A stretch of DNA of 64,000 nucleotides, from positions 544,001 to 608,000 of the forward strand of contig CAWDFP010000006.1 of the NCBI GenBank assembly GCA_963801605.1, in the 5' to 3' direction. The notes beneath the pieces were generated by a model that worked only from the letters and a program-made list of their open reading frames with translations, was not told where the DNA came from and did not search any database. The stretch is from an uncultured candidate division Zixibacteria bacterium. Its GTDB lineage: Bacteria > Zixibacteria > MSB-5A5 > UBA10806. The translations under genes were made by a program, and so were the position numbers. Every line of letters begins with the position of its first letter. Positions within the stretch are counted from its first letter, which is position 1. This document shows, piece after piece, positions 54,019-64,000 of the stretch.

Positions 54019-56244
54019 TTGGTTTTGAATGTAGGGCAACTTATATCTTTGATATACCTGGCATCGGGACTCATCCTGTTCATGCTGGCAATAGTAATTT
54101 TGCGCGAAAACAAGGGCAACAGACTCAATCGCGTGGTTTCGATGATGCTCTTTTTCGCGGGAGTTGCCCCCTTCGCGGCCGCCATCTACAAATCGGTATT
54201 AGAGCCGATAGCCAACTTGCCGCCCTGGGTTGTCACCTCATTCTATATCTGGGAGTTTTTCTTCCCGGCGCTGCTTTATTTTTCAGCGGTGTTTCCCGAA
54301 CCGCAACCGGTATACCTGCGCCATAAACGGCTGCTGCAACTGGCGTTTCTGCCGCACGTATTTCATCTGCTATTGGTTCTGCTTTTATCCGATCCCGACA
54401 AGATTGTCAGCCTCTTAAGCATTCAATCGACCCTGCCAATAATCGGGCAGCTATTCCAACTGTTTAATGCCATTCTCAGGATGATCGCCGCTTTTCTCGG
54501 ATTTTTACTTCTGATTCACAAGCGCTTTTTCTCACTGGTCAATCTGATTTATGTCAGTGCCGCCCTGTACTATATGCACCTGGGATTTAAGCGTATCGAA
54601 AACCCTCGTCTCAAACAGCAGGTCAGGCTGGTTATCAACGGCATCTGGGTGGCGATGGGGCTTTACGTTGTGGGATTTCTCGTTCCGGAGATTCTCTCAT
54701 TCAAGTTTCCGTCATCGCTGCGTGATATCATGCTGGTGGCCACGCTTCTGGTGGGGCCGGGCACGATCGCCTGGGCGATTGTGCGTTACCAGTTCCTCGA
54801 TATCGGCCTTCTGGCTCGACGCTCGCTGGTCTACTCGATCACCACGACGGTCGTAGTTGGCGGCTATCTGCTGGTGGTTATTCAGTCCGGGACGATCATT
54901 CGCAGCATAATCGGACAGGAATCGCAGATTTTAAGCGCGCTCATGGTAATTGTGCTGCTGCTTTTCTTCCAACCGATTTATAACCAGGTCGACGATTTCG
55001 TTCGCAAGATATTTATCCGCACCAAAGCCGATTTGAGCCAGCTTATCGAGAATTTCTCACGCGAAATTTTAGCGATATTCCAGGCCGATAAGTTGGCCGC
55101 CACGATCTCAGATACCCTGCGCCGCGAGATGTTTATCGAAAAGGTCGAGATCTGTTTCACCGATGCCGGTGGACGTTTTGGATTAGCTCTTCCCGCGGAT
55201 ACCTGCAAGGCGTTCGATATCGAGCCTGAGATTTCCGCTATCCTTCTCGCCAAACGCGCTCCTACGTTTACCGAGGAGTTTGCCTCTAAAGCGCAGACGG
55301 GACATATCGGCGCGGAGATGATGGCGCACGGATTTGTGCTGGTGGTACCGTTGGTCAGGCAGGATAGGCTGGCCGGTCTCCTGATGCTGTCCGCCAAGGT
55401 GGCGGGGTTCCGCTATAGCTCCGAGGACCTGACGTTCCTGACGATTCTGGCCAATCAGATTTTGGTGGCGATGGAAAACGCCGAACTGTATGCCGAGGCT
55501 TTGGAAAAACAGCGCATGGAGGAGGAGCTGACGCTTGCCAAGCAGATCCAAACCGGCCTGTTGCCAAAGAAGCTTCCGGCGCTCAAATCGTTTGATTTTG
55601 CGGCCTATATTGAACCATCACGGCAGGTGGGCGGCGACTTCTATGATTTCATCCCGATCCGCGATGGCAGGCTGGGGATTGTGATCGCCGACGCCTCCGG
55701 TAAGGGTGTGCCCGCGGCGCTACTGATCGCCAGGATGCAGGTGGTGTTCCAGACCGAAGCCCGGCTGGGCAAGGGCGTGCATGAGATTATGACCTCGGTT
55801 AACCGCTTCATCAGCGAATCGACCAGCCCGGACCGCTTTGCCACCTGTTTCTATGCCGAGCTCGATGAGCATACCTGCAAGCTGCACTACTGCAACGCCG
55901 GGCATAATTACCCGCTGGTCGTCTCAAGCGGCGGGGAGGTGGTATCGCTGATTAAGGGCGGGCTGCTTTTGGGGGCGTTTGGCGATTCCGCTTATGAATC
56001 GGCGGTGGTGGAGCTTTGCCCGGGCGATACGCTGATACTCTACACCGACGGTATGACCGAGATGATGGATAGCGCCGAGCGCGAATATGGTGAGGCGCGA
56101 TTGATCGAGCAGGCTCGTTTGCTTCGGAAAGAACCGGTGGATACGATTTGCGCGGGGCTAATTGAGGCGGTCAAGCAGTACGCCTCCGGCCCCAACGAGA
56201 TCGACGACATGACGCTGGTGGTGATGAAGGCGAGGGAGTTGTGA
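54019..56244 (+). CDS. Membrane sensor PP2C/SpoIIE phosphatase (RsbU-like) with multi-TM N-terminus and GAF-like domain
   Basis: VGGDFYD, IADASGKGVPAAL, NAGHN, YTDGMTE, DDMT. Confidence 0.92.
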   Translation: MVLNVGQLISLIYLASGLILFMLAIVILRENKGNRLNRVVSMMLFFAGVAPFAAAIYKSVLEPIANLPPWVVTSFYIWEFFFPALLYFSAVFPEPQPVYLRHKRLLQLAFLPHVFHLLLVLLLSDPDKIVSLLSIQSTLPIIGQLFQLFNAILRMIAAFLGFLLLIHKRFFSLVNLIYVSAALYYMHLGFKRIENPRLKQQVRLVINGIWVAMGLYVVGFLVPEILSFKFPSSLRDIMLVATLLVGPGTIAWAIVRYQFLDIGLLARRSLVYSITTTVVVGGYLLVVIQSGTIIRSIIGQESQILSALMVIVLLLFFQPIYNQVDDFVRKIFIRTKADLSQLIENFSREILAIFQADKLAATISDTLRREMFIEKVEICFTDAGGRFGLALPADTCKAFDIEPEISAILLAKRAPTFTEEFASKAQTGHIGAEMMAHGFVLVVPLVRQDRLAGLLMLSAKVAGFRYSSEDLTFLTILANQILVAMENAELYAEALEKQRMEEELTLAKQIQTGLLPKKLPALKSFDFAAYIEPSRQVGGDFYDFIPIRDGRLGIVIADASGKGVPAALLIARMQVVFQTEARLGKGVHEIMTSVNRFISESTSPDRFATCFYAELDEHTCKLHYCNAGHNYPLVVSSGGEVVSLIKGGLLLGAFGDSAYESAVVELCPGDTLILYTDGMTEMMDSAEREYGEARLIEQARLLRKEPVDTICAGLIEAVKQYASGPNEIDDMTLVVMKAREL

Positions 56245-56277
56245 GTTATGCGTTGTGAGATATGAGTTGCGGGTTGC
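56236..56277 (+). repeat. Six degenerate tandem heptamers (GAGTTRY)
   Basis: gagttgt gagttat gcgttgt gagatat gagttgc gggttgc. Confidence 0.7.
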
Positions 56278-56302
56278 GTAGGGGCGGACCAATATGTCCG
56301 CC
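56278..56302 (+). repeat. GTAG-family REP-like hairpin
   Basis: GTAG followed by GGCGGAC-CAATAT-GTCCGCC. Confidence 0.55.
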
Positions 56303-56361
56303 AGATAGATGATTTGCGGGTTAAAACCCCTGTAGTTTTGACAATATGATGGCACCAATAT

Positions 56362-56859
56362 ATGCTGGAAATAGATCTTAAATTAACTCTGACGCTTTTA
56401 TGGGCATCGCTTATTGGCCTATGGATTTTTGGTCTATTTCCAAAGGTAACTAAACAAACGAAAGAGCTTGTGTATAATGAAATGAAGGAGAGCAAATTCT
56501 TTTGGGTAAGACTTTACGCTCCTCTATATCGTAAAGAGCCAATTTTTATATATAGATTTGTAGTTTTAATATTTGGGCTTAATGCCCTGCTATCTATTTA
56601 TGTTCTTACTATGGCAAAGATAACAATTGAATATAGAATATTTTGGGGATTTCTTCTGTTATTACTAAATTTGGCTTTTCAAATAGCAGCAATAAGATTG
56701 TTTAGGATTGTATCAGGCCGAAATTCGGATAGATTTAAGCGAATCTGGGTCGGACCCAATTATATATTGTTCAAAGAGATTTCTAATTATTATTATTATT
56801 TTATAATGACTGTAATGATATGTTTACATTTAATAATGATGATGAGAATTTTAATGTGA
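56362..56859 (+). CDS. Hypothetical AT-rich membrane protein
   Basis: 165-aa ORF with about 4 hydrophobic segments. Confidence 0.6.
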   Translation: MLEIDLKLTLTLLWASLIGLWIFGLFPKVTKQTKELVYNEMKESKFFWVRLYAPLYRKEPIFIYRFVVLIFGLNALLSIYVLTMAKITIEYRIFWGFLLLLLNLAFQIAAIRLFRIVSGRNSDRFKRIWVGPNYILFKEISNYYYYFIMTVMICLHLIMMMRILM

Positions 56860-57002
56860 ACCCCTCGTCCCCAGCGGGGCGGGCAAGGGCGAGATTGACA
56901 AAGCGGGCTTGACGCGATAAAGTAGGGGTAGAACAGCATGCCGCCCGGCGGGGCAGCAGGGCGCGCGGGGATGGCGGAATTGGTTGCCAAAGCATACAAT
57001 AA

Positions 57003-57927
57003 ATGGATAATACTTTAAGCAAACGCAGAAAAATCTGGCTGGCGGTTTTGTTACATTTTGTTCAGCCGGGTTTTGGACATTATTATAACGGGCGACTTAG
57101 AAGAGGAATAATCCTTTTCTTCGTTTATGAAATATTATCCTCTATTTTAGGACTGATAGCCATTTTTTATGAGAGCATATTTTTGTTTGATTTATCATTA
57201 TTAATATCGTTTTGCATTTGGATATATTTTTTAATAGACGCCATAATAATTACTAGAAAAAATAATAAAATTGGCTATCAGTCAAAGAGATATAATAACC
57301 ATTGGTATATGTATCTTATTGTTAGCATAGGAATTCTGCTTTATTTCGAAATTGCCGACAAAAATAATACTTCTCACATATATGATATCGTGAAGACGGG
57401 TAAGCATTCAATGGAAAATACTATACTTGAAGGCGATATAATATTTATTAAGAAATTCTCTTTGGATAAAATTAGGAATGGTGATATTGTAGAAATCAAT
57501 TCCCCCATCAAACCCTTAACAAAATATATTAAGCGATGTATCGCTGTTGGGGGCCAGACGGTCGAAATAAAAAATAGGGATGTATATGTAGACGGGCAGC
57601 TATGGATCTTTGCCCTCAACAGGTAAATCAATGGATTCAACAATAGTTTATGGTGATTCAGCGATAGAATCTCTTTTGACTCAAAAAAATAATATATCCC
57701 CAATTGTCATACCAAATAATTGCATTTTTGTTATGGGCGACAACCGCGATAATTCCCTCGATTCCCGGCGTTTCGGGCCGGTTTTCCGTAATGAAATTAC
57801 GGGCAAAGCGCTATTTGTTCTTTTTTCCACTGGAGAAAAACCGGATTATGATGCTAACATAATAACTCGAGCTATTGCGGCTTTTTTAAATATAAGGTGG
57901 AATAGGATTGGGCTTAAATTACGATAG
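57003..57927 (+). CDS. lepB: Signal peptidase I with N-terminal TM extension (frameshift near 57610), AT-rich
   Basis: SMENTILEGD, YIKRCIAVGG, FVMGDNRDNSLDSR.FG; upstream TTGACA-17-TAAAGT. Confidence 0.85.
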
Positions 57928-57943
57928 TTTTGTCGCAACTCAA

Positions 57944-58144
57944 GGATGTCGCTTGCGCATCCATCCTGACGCATACGGGCGGGGCGGGCCCGCCCCATTT
58001 TCTCATTGTCATATCTTACAAAATCGTTATAATTGATATGTAAGGCGTGGATGGCGTACGTCCTCGTGCGCCATCATTATACCCGTGCGGTCAGGCCTCC
58101 GTACCTGACCGCTTAAGTTGTCGGGTGCGGAGACCCGACACCAC
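57944..58144. repeat. Cluster of GC-rich palindromes/REP-like hairpins
   Basis: GGGGCGGGCCCGCCCC (57981-57996); GATGGCG..CGCCATC; GCGGTCAGG/CCTGACCGC; TGTCGGGT/ACCCGACA. Confidence 0.65.
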
Positions 58145-58162
58145 AGGAAACAGGAGAAACCA

Positions 58163-58510
58163 ATGCGAGAGCTAACACCGGATATCATCAAAACCCTGAC
58201 CCCCGACCAGATCGAGCTGCTTATCGAGCTTGGCGATCTGGCGCGCAAAGAAGAAGACCTGACCTCACAAATCGATAATATCAGACGGCAAGAGGAGAAA
58301 GTTGGCCTGGCCCGCAACAACCACCTCAACCGCGCTGTACATGAGGATTCATCATTTGTCGACCTCATCTCGGTCCGTTTCGTGCGCGAGCGGAGTATCA
58401 TTCGCGAGCAAATTTCTGGCATCCTGCGCTCGCTCGTTCATGAGGGCTTAAGCGATCTGGGTATCGTGGCCCGTCAGGCCGCCAACTACGGGATAAAGAT
58501 AGCGGGCTGA
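58163..58510 (+). CDS. Hypothetical helical protein
   Basis: CAGGAG RBS, 115-aa ORF; no family recognised. Confidence 0.65.
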   Translation: MRELTPDIIKTLTPDQIELLIELGDLARKEEDLTSQIDNIRRQEEKVGLARNNHLNRAVHEDSSFVDLISVRFVRERSIIREQISGILRSLVHEGLSDLGIVARQAANYGIKIAG

Positions 58511-58520
58511 GGATACAAAG

Positions 58521-58611
58521 TTCCGTCAGGTCTTAGACCGCAAAGCGGGCGTGACCTGACGGAATAACCTGCTTTATGCGGCAGGTCTCGGAAGACCTAA
58601 GACCTGCCGCA
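58521..58611. repeat. Two REP-like hairpins with 12-bp stems
   Basis: TTCCGTCAGGTC/GACCTGACGGAA and TGCGGCAGGTCT/AGACCTGCCGCA. Confidence 0.65.
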
Positions 58612-58728
58612 ACCCTATAATATCAAAAAAACAAAACAATTTTTCAAAATCTCATAATACACTTGAAATTTGAACCTCGTTAAATTATCATTCACTTTCG
58701 ATTGAACGGAATTATTTGAGGAGAAAAA

Positions 58729-59280
58729 ATGCAGATCGTTCCTAAAAGACTTTTTTTGACAAAAGGCGTCGGCAGACACAAAGAACACCTTTCCAGCTTT
58801 GAGTTGGCCCTGCGCTCGGCAAATATCGCGGAATACAACCTGGTTCATGTCTCCAGCATTTTTCCTCCGGTATGTAAGGTGATTTCCAAAACTCAGGGCG
58901 TGCAGTATCTTGCCCCTGGCCAGATCGTACATTGCGTCATGTCGCGCAACTCGACCAACGAGCCCAACCGTCTGATCTCGGCCTCGGTGGGGCTGGCTAT
59001 CCCGCAGGATAGACGTCAATACGGCTATCTCTCCGAACATGCGGCTTTCGGCCAGAACGAAAAGATCTCCGGCGATTACGCCGAAGACCTGGCCGCCACC
59101 ATGCTGTCATCGACACTGGGCATCGATCTCGATATTGATAAGTCGTTCGACGAGAAAAAGGAAATCTGGAAAATCTCGGGCAAGATTTTCCGCACCACCA
59201 ATATTACCCAGTCGTCCGCCGGCGACAAGCGCGGTCTCTGGACTACGGTAGTCGCCGCCGCCATCTTCATTACCGATTAG
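58729..59280 (+). CDS. pdaD: Pyruvoyl-dependent arginine decarboxylase
   Basis: SFELALRSA, NLVHVSSIFPP (Ser-Ser cleavage site), YGYLSEH, WTTVVAAA. Confidence 0.9.
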   Translation: MQIVPKRLFLTKGVGRHKEHLSSFELALRSANIAEYNLVHVSSIFPPVCKVISKTQGVQYLAPGQIVHCVMSRNSTNEPNRLISASVGLAIPQDRRQYGYLSEHAAFGQNEKISGDYAEDLAATMLSSTLGIDLDIDKSFDEKKEIWKISGKIFRTTNITQSSAGDKRGLWTTVVAAAIFITD

Positions 59281-59310
59281 GGGTGACCGCCCTCAGCGGA
59301 GGGCGAAGCA

Positions 59311-60036
59311 ATGTCTAATATCTATGGTGATTTTTCCCGTTATTATGATCTTTTGGGGTGGGGCGTTTTCGCCAGAAATGCGGCCTCACGCTTAGAGGCT
59401 TTCTTCAGGCTCCGTGGAGAAAAGCCCGAAACGATCCTCGATTTAGCCTGTGGAACCGGCGAGCTTGAAAAGAAACTCTCGCGCCACGGCATCAAATTTA
59501 CCGGAGTCGATATTTCGCCGGGGATGATTAAGGCCGCCCGGGATAAGTTTTCGGAGGGGAAATTTATCCTGGGCGATGCCGCGAATGTGCGCCTGGGCAG
59601 GAAATTCGACATGGTTCTGCTCCTGTTTGACTCCGCCAACCACATGAAATCATTAAGCCATCTAAAGGCGGTCATTAAAAATGCCCGGCGGCATCTCAAG
59701 CCCGGCGGATTTTTCATATTCGATTTTTTGACCGAACGGGGCCTGGAAGAGTGGGAGCAGATAAATATCCATCGCACCAAAAAGTACACGCTTTTCTGGT
59801 ACGGCCATTGCTATCCTGAAAAGGGTCTGGCGGACATTTTTATTGAGGCCTTTATTAAGGATTCCAGGGGGAATAATTATCATCGGGTTTTTCAAAAAAT
59901 CGTTGAGAAAACTTATCCGGCAAGCGATATTATCGATGGCCTGACAAAGAATGGATTCGAAAGGATAATGGCCAGCCCTTATGATCTCGATGAGAAAATC
60001 GAGGAGGCCGGGCGGCTCTGGTTTGTGTGTAGCTGA
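59311..60036 (+). CDS. Class I SAM-dependent methyltransferase
   Basis: ILDLACGTG, GVDIS, FDSANH, LKPGGFFIFD. Confidence 0.9.
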   Translation: MSNIYGDFSRYYDLLGWGVFARNAASRLEAFFRLRGEKPETILDLACGTGELEKKLSRHGIKFTGVDISPGMIKAARDKFSEGKFILGDAANVRLGRKFDMVLLLFDSANHMKSLSHLKAVIKNARRHLKPGGFFIFDFLTERGLEEWEQINIHRTKKYTLFWYGHCYPEKGLADIFIEAFIKDSRGNNYHRVFQKIVEKTYPASDIIDGLTKNGFERIMASPYDLDEKIEEAGRLWFVCS

Positions 60037-60914
60037 TGAAACCTAAAAATTTATATCCCTGGGGATTTCTGGCGCTTCCCGAAAAGCTGTCGCGTTACGA
60101 GACCGCCAAGGCGGTTGTACTTCCCATACCCTATGATGCTACGGTTAGCTATGGCGCCGGAACACGCAACGGGCCATCGGCGATGATAGCGGCCTCGCGT
60201 CAGTCGGAGACATACGATCCCGAATTTGGAGGCGATCCCTCTACTGTCGGAATAGCCACCTTAGGCGAGCTTGAGCAAGTCGCCAGCGGCCCGGCGGAAA
60301 TGATGAATCGGGTTGAATCGACCGCCAAACAGATATTACGAGACGGCAAGTTTCTGATGTCATTAGGCGGTGAGCATTCCATATCATACGGATTGATAAA
60401 GGCCCACAAGAAGAAATATTCGGACCTGACAGTATTGCATTTTGACGCTCACACAGATTTGCGTACCGAGTACCAGGGATCGCCCTATTCTCACGCTTCG
60501 ATCATGTCGCATGTCTGGGAGCTTTGTGATTTTGTTTCGGTGGGGATACGATCATTTTGTGGCTCCGATGTTGAAAAACGAGCCGACTCGGAAGGCCGTC
60601 TAATTCGGCCTACTGATCTTCGCAAAAACTGCGATTTTACATCAATAATACTTTCAATGCTAAGCGATCATGTTTATATTACTTTCGATCTCGATGGCTT
60701 TGATCCGGCAGTGATGCCGTCGGTGGGGACTCCCGAGCCGGGCGGTCTCCTCTGGGATGAGACCCTCGCCTTGATTCGGGCGACGGGAGAATCAAAGCAG
60801 ATTGTAGGCGCGGACGTAGTGGAGCTGGCTCCAATTTCGGGCCTGCTTTATCCCGATTTTGCAGCAGCGCGATTGGCATATAAGATTATCAGCAACGCAC
60901 TATGGAGTAAGTGA
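60036..60914 (+). CDS. speB: Agmatinase
   Basis: GGEHS, HFDAHTD, TFDLDGFDP, GTPEPGG, DVVE. Confidence 0.92.
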   Translation: MKPKNLYPWGFLALPEKLSRYETAKAVVLPIPYDATVSYGAGTRNGPSAMIAASRQSETYDPEFGGDPSTVGIATLGELEQVASGPAEMMNRVESTAKQILRDGKFLMSLGGEHSISYGLIKAHKKKYSDLTVLHFDAHTDLRTEYQGSPYSHASIMSHVWELCDFVSVGIRSFCGSDVEKRADSEGRLIRPTDLRKNCDFTSIILSMLSDHVYITFDLDGFDPAVMPSVGTPEPGGLLWDETLALIRATGESKQIVGADVVELAPISGLLYPDFAAARLAYKIISNALWSK

Positions 60915-61651
60915 TGGAATGGTGGCAGAAATATTTCAGCGAAGATTATCTCAAGCTTTACAAGCATGATGAGAGCGAAACCTCGCGCGAAACCGAGGCT
61001 ATCATGCGGATGCTTCAAATCGAGCCCGGCGACAGCGTCCTGGATCTCGCCTGTGGCTTTGGCCGTCACGCCATATTGCTCGCCCAAAAGGGACTTCATG
61101 TCACCGGATATGATCTTTCGGAGGGTTTTCTGAAAAAGGCAAAAGAACTGGCGGATAAAGTCTCGGTCAAGCTTGAGCTAAAACAGGGCGATATGAGAGA
61201 TATTCCCTACGAAAATAAATTTGACGTCTGCATTAATATGTTTACCGCCTTCGGGTTTTTCGAAAACGAAAAGGACGATCTTAAAGTTCTAAAAGGCGTG
61301 CGAAAAGCCCTTAAGCCGGGCGGGCAGCTTTTAATCGATGTTATCAATCGTGAGACTGCCCTAAGGATAGATGTCCCTCGGCGCTGGACGCGTGAAAACC
61401 ATTCCTACATGCTCGAGGAGAGATTTTTTGATCTCTTCCGCTCCCGTCTTGAGATGACTAACCAGCTTATCGTGCATACCGGCGAGATAAAGGAAGCTAA
61501 TTATTCGGTCCGGCTTTATACTCTTACCGAAATGCTTGGGCTTTTCAACGCCGCCGGCCTGGTTTTAACTGATGTTTACGGTGATTTCAATGGCGAATTA
61601 TACAGCGCGGAATCGCCTCGAATGATCCTGGTAGCGCAAAAGGAACAATAG
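60914..61651 (+). CDS. Class I SAM-dependent methyltransferase
   Basis: VLDLACGFGRH, GDMR, NMFTAFGFF, LKPGG, RLYTLTE. Confidence 0.9.
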   Translation: MEWWQKYFSEDYLKLYKHDESETSRETEAIMRMLQIEPGDSVLDLACGFGRHAILLAQKGLHVTGYDLSEGFLKKAKELADKVSVKLELKQGDMRDIPYENKFDVCINMFTAFGFFENEKDDLKVLKGVRKALKPGGQLLIDVINRETALRIDVPRRWTRENHSYMLEERFFDLFRSRLEMTNQLIVHTGEIKEANYSVRLYTLTEMLGLFNAAGLVLTDVYGDFNGELYSAESPRMILVAQKEQ

Positions 61652-61687
61652 GCGGCAAAGATTGATTAAGAAAAACGTGGTTCCCTG

Positions 61688-61718
61688 ACCCCCACTCGAT
61701 TTTGGAGCGTGGGGTTTT
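61688..61718 (+). terminator. Possible terminator before mfd
   Basis: CCCCA..TGGGG stem plus TTTT. Confidence 0.4.
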
Positions 61719-61732
61719 AGTGTTTTGTAAAA

Positions 61733-64000
61733 ATGATCGACAAACTGGAAAAACTCGATAAGATACACGGCTTTAAGCGGCTTTTTGAGCAAATAAACAG
61801 CGGGAAAGCCTCGATCAAGGTTGGGGGCATGGTCGGTTCATCGCGAGCCCTTCTGGCAAGTTGGTTATTTCTCAAAACCGGCCGCACTGTTCTTTTTATT
61901 ACCCCCGATACGGAATCGTGCGAGAAAGCATACGACGATTTTTTGGCCTATCTCGGCGAGGATAAGGTTGCGGAATACCCATCCTGGGAGGTGCAACCAT
62001 ACGAAATCCGCGCACCCCATGCGGAAAACGTAGGAGACCGTCTTAAAACGCTTCACGATCTCCTACGCGGACAGAAGATGATTATTTCCGCCCCGGCCGT
62101 GGCGCTTCTTGAGCCGACCATTGAACGGCACAAGCTTGAAAGATTGGCGTTGGCGTTAACTCCGGGACTCGCGATCAATCCCGAAGAACTCAAGGTGCGA
62201 TTGGTCGAGATGGGTTTTACCCGGCAGCCGGTCGTCGAGCAGCTTGGAGATTTCGCCGTAAGAGGCGGTATCATCGATATCTTTCCGGCAACCCGTTCGG
62301 AACCGATCCGCGTGGAATTTTTCGGAGATGAAATTGAATCTATCCGCACTTTCTCTGTCCTCACCCAGCGTTCACTGGATCGCTTGCAGGATGCCGAGAT
62401 ATTACCGCTCCGGGAATTCCCTATCGAAATGGGAGTAGTGGAGCTTGTCAGCGCCGAGCTTCCCCAGGAGCAGGCTATCGCCCTTCATGATGCTCTCGGA
62501 CCGGAACATCTGTTTGACGGGCTGGAATTTTTCAGCCATCTTTTTGAATCGCGCAAGAGTTCGCTTTTGAATTATCTGCCCGATGACGCCATCATAGTGC
62601 GTGACGACCCTGAACAGATAAAGGAGCAGATTGAAGATACCCTCGAAAAAGCCCAGCAGCGCTACGAAGAGCGAAACGACTACCCCTTCGGGAAACCCGA
62701 GGAAATCTATATCGATTACAAGCATATCAGGGAAAGTATAGAAGAGCATACCGCGGTAAATTTACAGGGAATAATAAAGGAAAGCGCCGCCGATCTTGAG
62801 ATCGTTACCGTTCCGCAGGAACCATCAGGGCCGCATATTAAATCATTTGCCGAAAAACTGGCATCGTATAAGCGCGAGGGAAAATCGTCGATAATCTTCT
62901 GCGACGGCGAAAGCCAAAAGCGGCGTCTTTCGGATCTTTTGTCGGAATATGATATCGCCGTGCCGATGGAAACGCGGCGCATTTCGGAGGGGTTTGGCCT
63001 TCCCGATATATCACTCTGGTTTTTAACGGATCATGAGATATTTTCACGCATTACAACCAGGAAAAAGCTTCGTCGCTTCAAAGAGGGTATCGCTCTTTCG
63101 AGTTACCAAAGCCTCCAACCCGGCGATTTTGTGGTGCATATCGATCATGGAATAGGACGATTCCATGGACTGGAAACTATTACAGTCGATGGCCGGAAGC
63201 GCGATTGCCTGCTAATTTTTTATGCCGGCGATGATAAACTTTATGTTCCAATTGAAGAGTTTTCCAGGGTTCAGAAATTTGCCGGTAAAGAGGGAGCGCC
63301 CACACTTTCGAGGCTTGGCACCGGCGCCTGGGAGAAAACAAAGGCACGCGCCAAAAAGGCAATTTTAGATATGGCCGAGGAGCTTATCGCCCTTTATGCT
63401 AAACGGCAGGCATTGCCCGGCTATGCATTTCTTCCCGATACCCAATGGCAGCGCGAATTGGAGGCCTCATTTCCATACGAGGAAACGCCCGATCAGGAAA
63501 AAACGATCGACGATATCAAATCCGATATGGAGCAGGCCAGCCCGATGGATCGCCTGGTTTGCGGGGATGTCGGGTATGGGAAAACGGAGGTCGCCATCAG
63601 GGCGGCGTTTAAGGCAGTCGAATCGGGAAAGCAGGTGGCGATTCTGGTTCCGACCACGATTTTGGCCCAGCAGCATCTTAACACTTTTCGAGATCGGCTA
63701 TCGCGATTCCCGGTTAAGGTTGATATGCTGTCTCGCTTTCGTTTGCCTAAAGAGGCCAAGTCGGTCAAGGAAGGAATCAAGGCGGGGACAGTTGATATCG
63801 TAATCGGTACCCACATGCTTCTTCAAAAGGATATTGAATTTAAAGACCTGGGTCTTTTAGTAATAGACGAAGAACATCGTTTCGGGGTAACGCATAAGGA
63901 AAAAATCCGAAAGCTGAAAACTCAAGTCGATACTCTGACGCTGACCGCTACTCCTATTCCTCGTACCCTGCAATTATCTCTCCTGGGGGCGCGGGATATG
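61733..64000 (+). CDS. mfd: Transcription-repair coupling factor (runs off the window end)
   Basis: Translated from ATG 61733: [59 protein letters not shown]; absent from the ORF track because there is no stop. Confidence 0.97.
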   Translation, partial: MIDKLEKLDKIHGFKRLFEQINSGKASIKVGGMVGSSRALLASWLFLKTGRTVLFITPDTESCEKAYDDFLAYLGEDKVAEYPSWEVQPYEIRAPHAENVGDRLKTLHDLLRGQKMIISAPAVALLEPTIERHKLERLALALTPGLAINPEELKVRLVEMGFTRQPVVEQLGDFAVRGGIIDIFPATRSEPIRVEFFGDEIESIRTFSVLTQRSLDRLQDAEILPLREFPIEMGVVELVSAELPQEQAIALHDALGPEHLFDGLEFFSHLFESRKSSLLNYLPDDAIIVRDDPEQIKEQIEDTLEKAQQRYEERNDYPFGKPEEIYIDYKHIRESIEEHTAVNLQGIIKESAADLEIVTVPQEPSGPHIKSFAEKLASYKREGKSSIIFCDGESQKRRLSDLLSEYDIAVPMETRRISEGFGLPDISLWFLTDHEIFSRITTRKKLRRFKEGIALSSYQSLQPGDFVVHIDHGIGRFHGLETITVDGRKRDCLLIFYAGDDKLYVPIEEFSRVQKFAGKEGAPTLSRLGTGAWEKTKARAKKAILDMAEELIALYAKRQALPGYAFLPDTQWQRELEASFPYEETPDQEKTIDDIKSDMEQASPMDRLVCGDVGYGKTEVAIRAAFKAVESGKQVAILVPTTILAQQHLNTFRDRLSRFPVKVDMLSRFRLPKEAKSVKEGIKAGTVDIVIGTHMLLQKDIEFKDLGLLVIDEEHRFGVTHKEKIRKLKTQVDTLTLTATPIPRTLQLSLLGARDM

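Noticed and set aside
56965..56984. GCGGGGATGGCGGAATTGGT resembles the 5' end of a tRNA-Leu
   Set aside because: No anticodon arm, T-arm or acceptor complement follows; at most a remnant or chance match
56860..57002. attC site between the AT-rich genes
   Set aside because: No RYYYAAC...GTTRRRY core pair, and no integron integrase in the window
57944..58611. CRISPR array
   Set aside because: The hairpins are not identical direct repeats with regular spacers, and there are no cas genes
61821..63816. Many short ORFs in the track near the window end
   Set aside because: They are shadow frames of mfd, which has no stop inside the window

Overview
Bacterial chromosomal window of roughly 45-50% GC (estimated by eye). 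A T9SS-type C-terminal domain, HmuY, a TonB receptor, group II GGGPS and a dockerin-like motif suggest an FCB-superphylum organism, possibly Zixibacteria (inference). Most of it is housekeeping: a pentose-phosphate operon (tkt-pgi-gnd-zwf-pgl), ndh, a liv-type ABC operon, menA-like, secDF, an alaS-GGGPS-gmhA-wzx-4xGT4-wcaJ cluster, a FadF-like Fe-S protein, Crp/Fnr, thpR-recA-recX, HmuY/TonB heme uptake, malQ, rex, an rsbV-rsbW-PP2C module, lepB, an arginine decarboxylase/agmatinase/methyltransferase operon and the 5' part of mfd. Many genes, including essential ones, carry frameshifts, most likely long-read assembly errors. The best candidate for an undescribed system is 36.3-41.2 kb. It holds a Crp/Fnr regulator with a Gly-His-Pro-repeat N-terminus, a ~170-nt four-way-junction RNA with its own sigma70-like promoter, and a divergent four-gene operon of uncharacterised membrane proteins (DUF6754-type). 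Other leads are a possible methylated-polyamine pathway, a PdxJ homolog lacking its catalytic motifs, GGGPS inside a glycan operon, a C-terminal TWGRIKALFK motif and a cluster of REP-like hairpins. No rRNA, complete tRNA, CRISPR array or transposase was seen.
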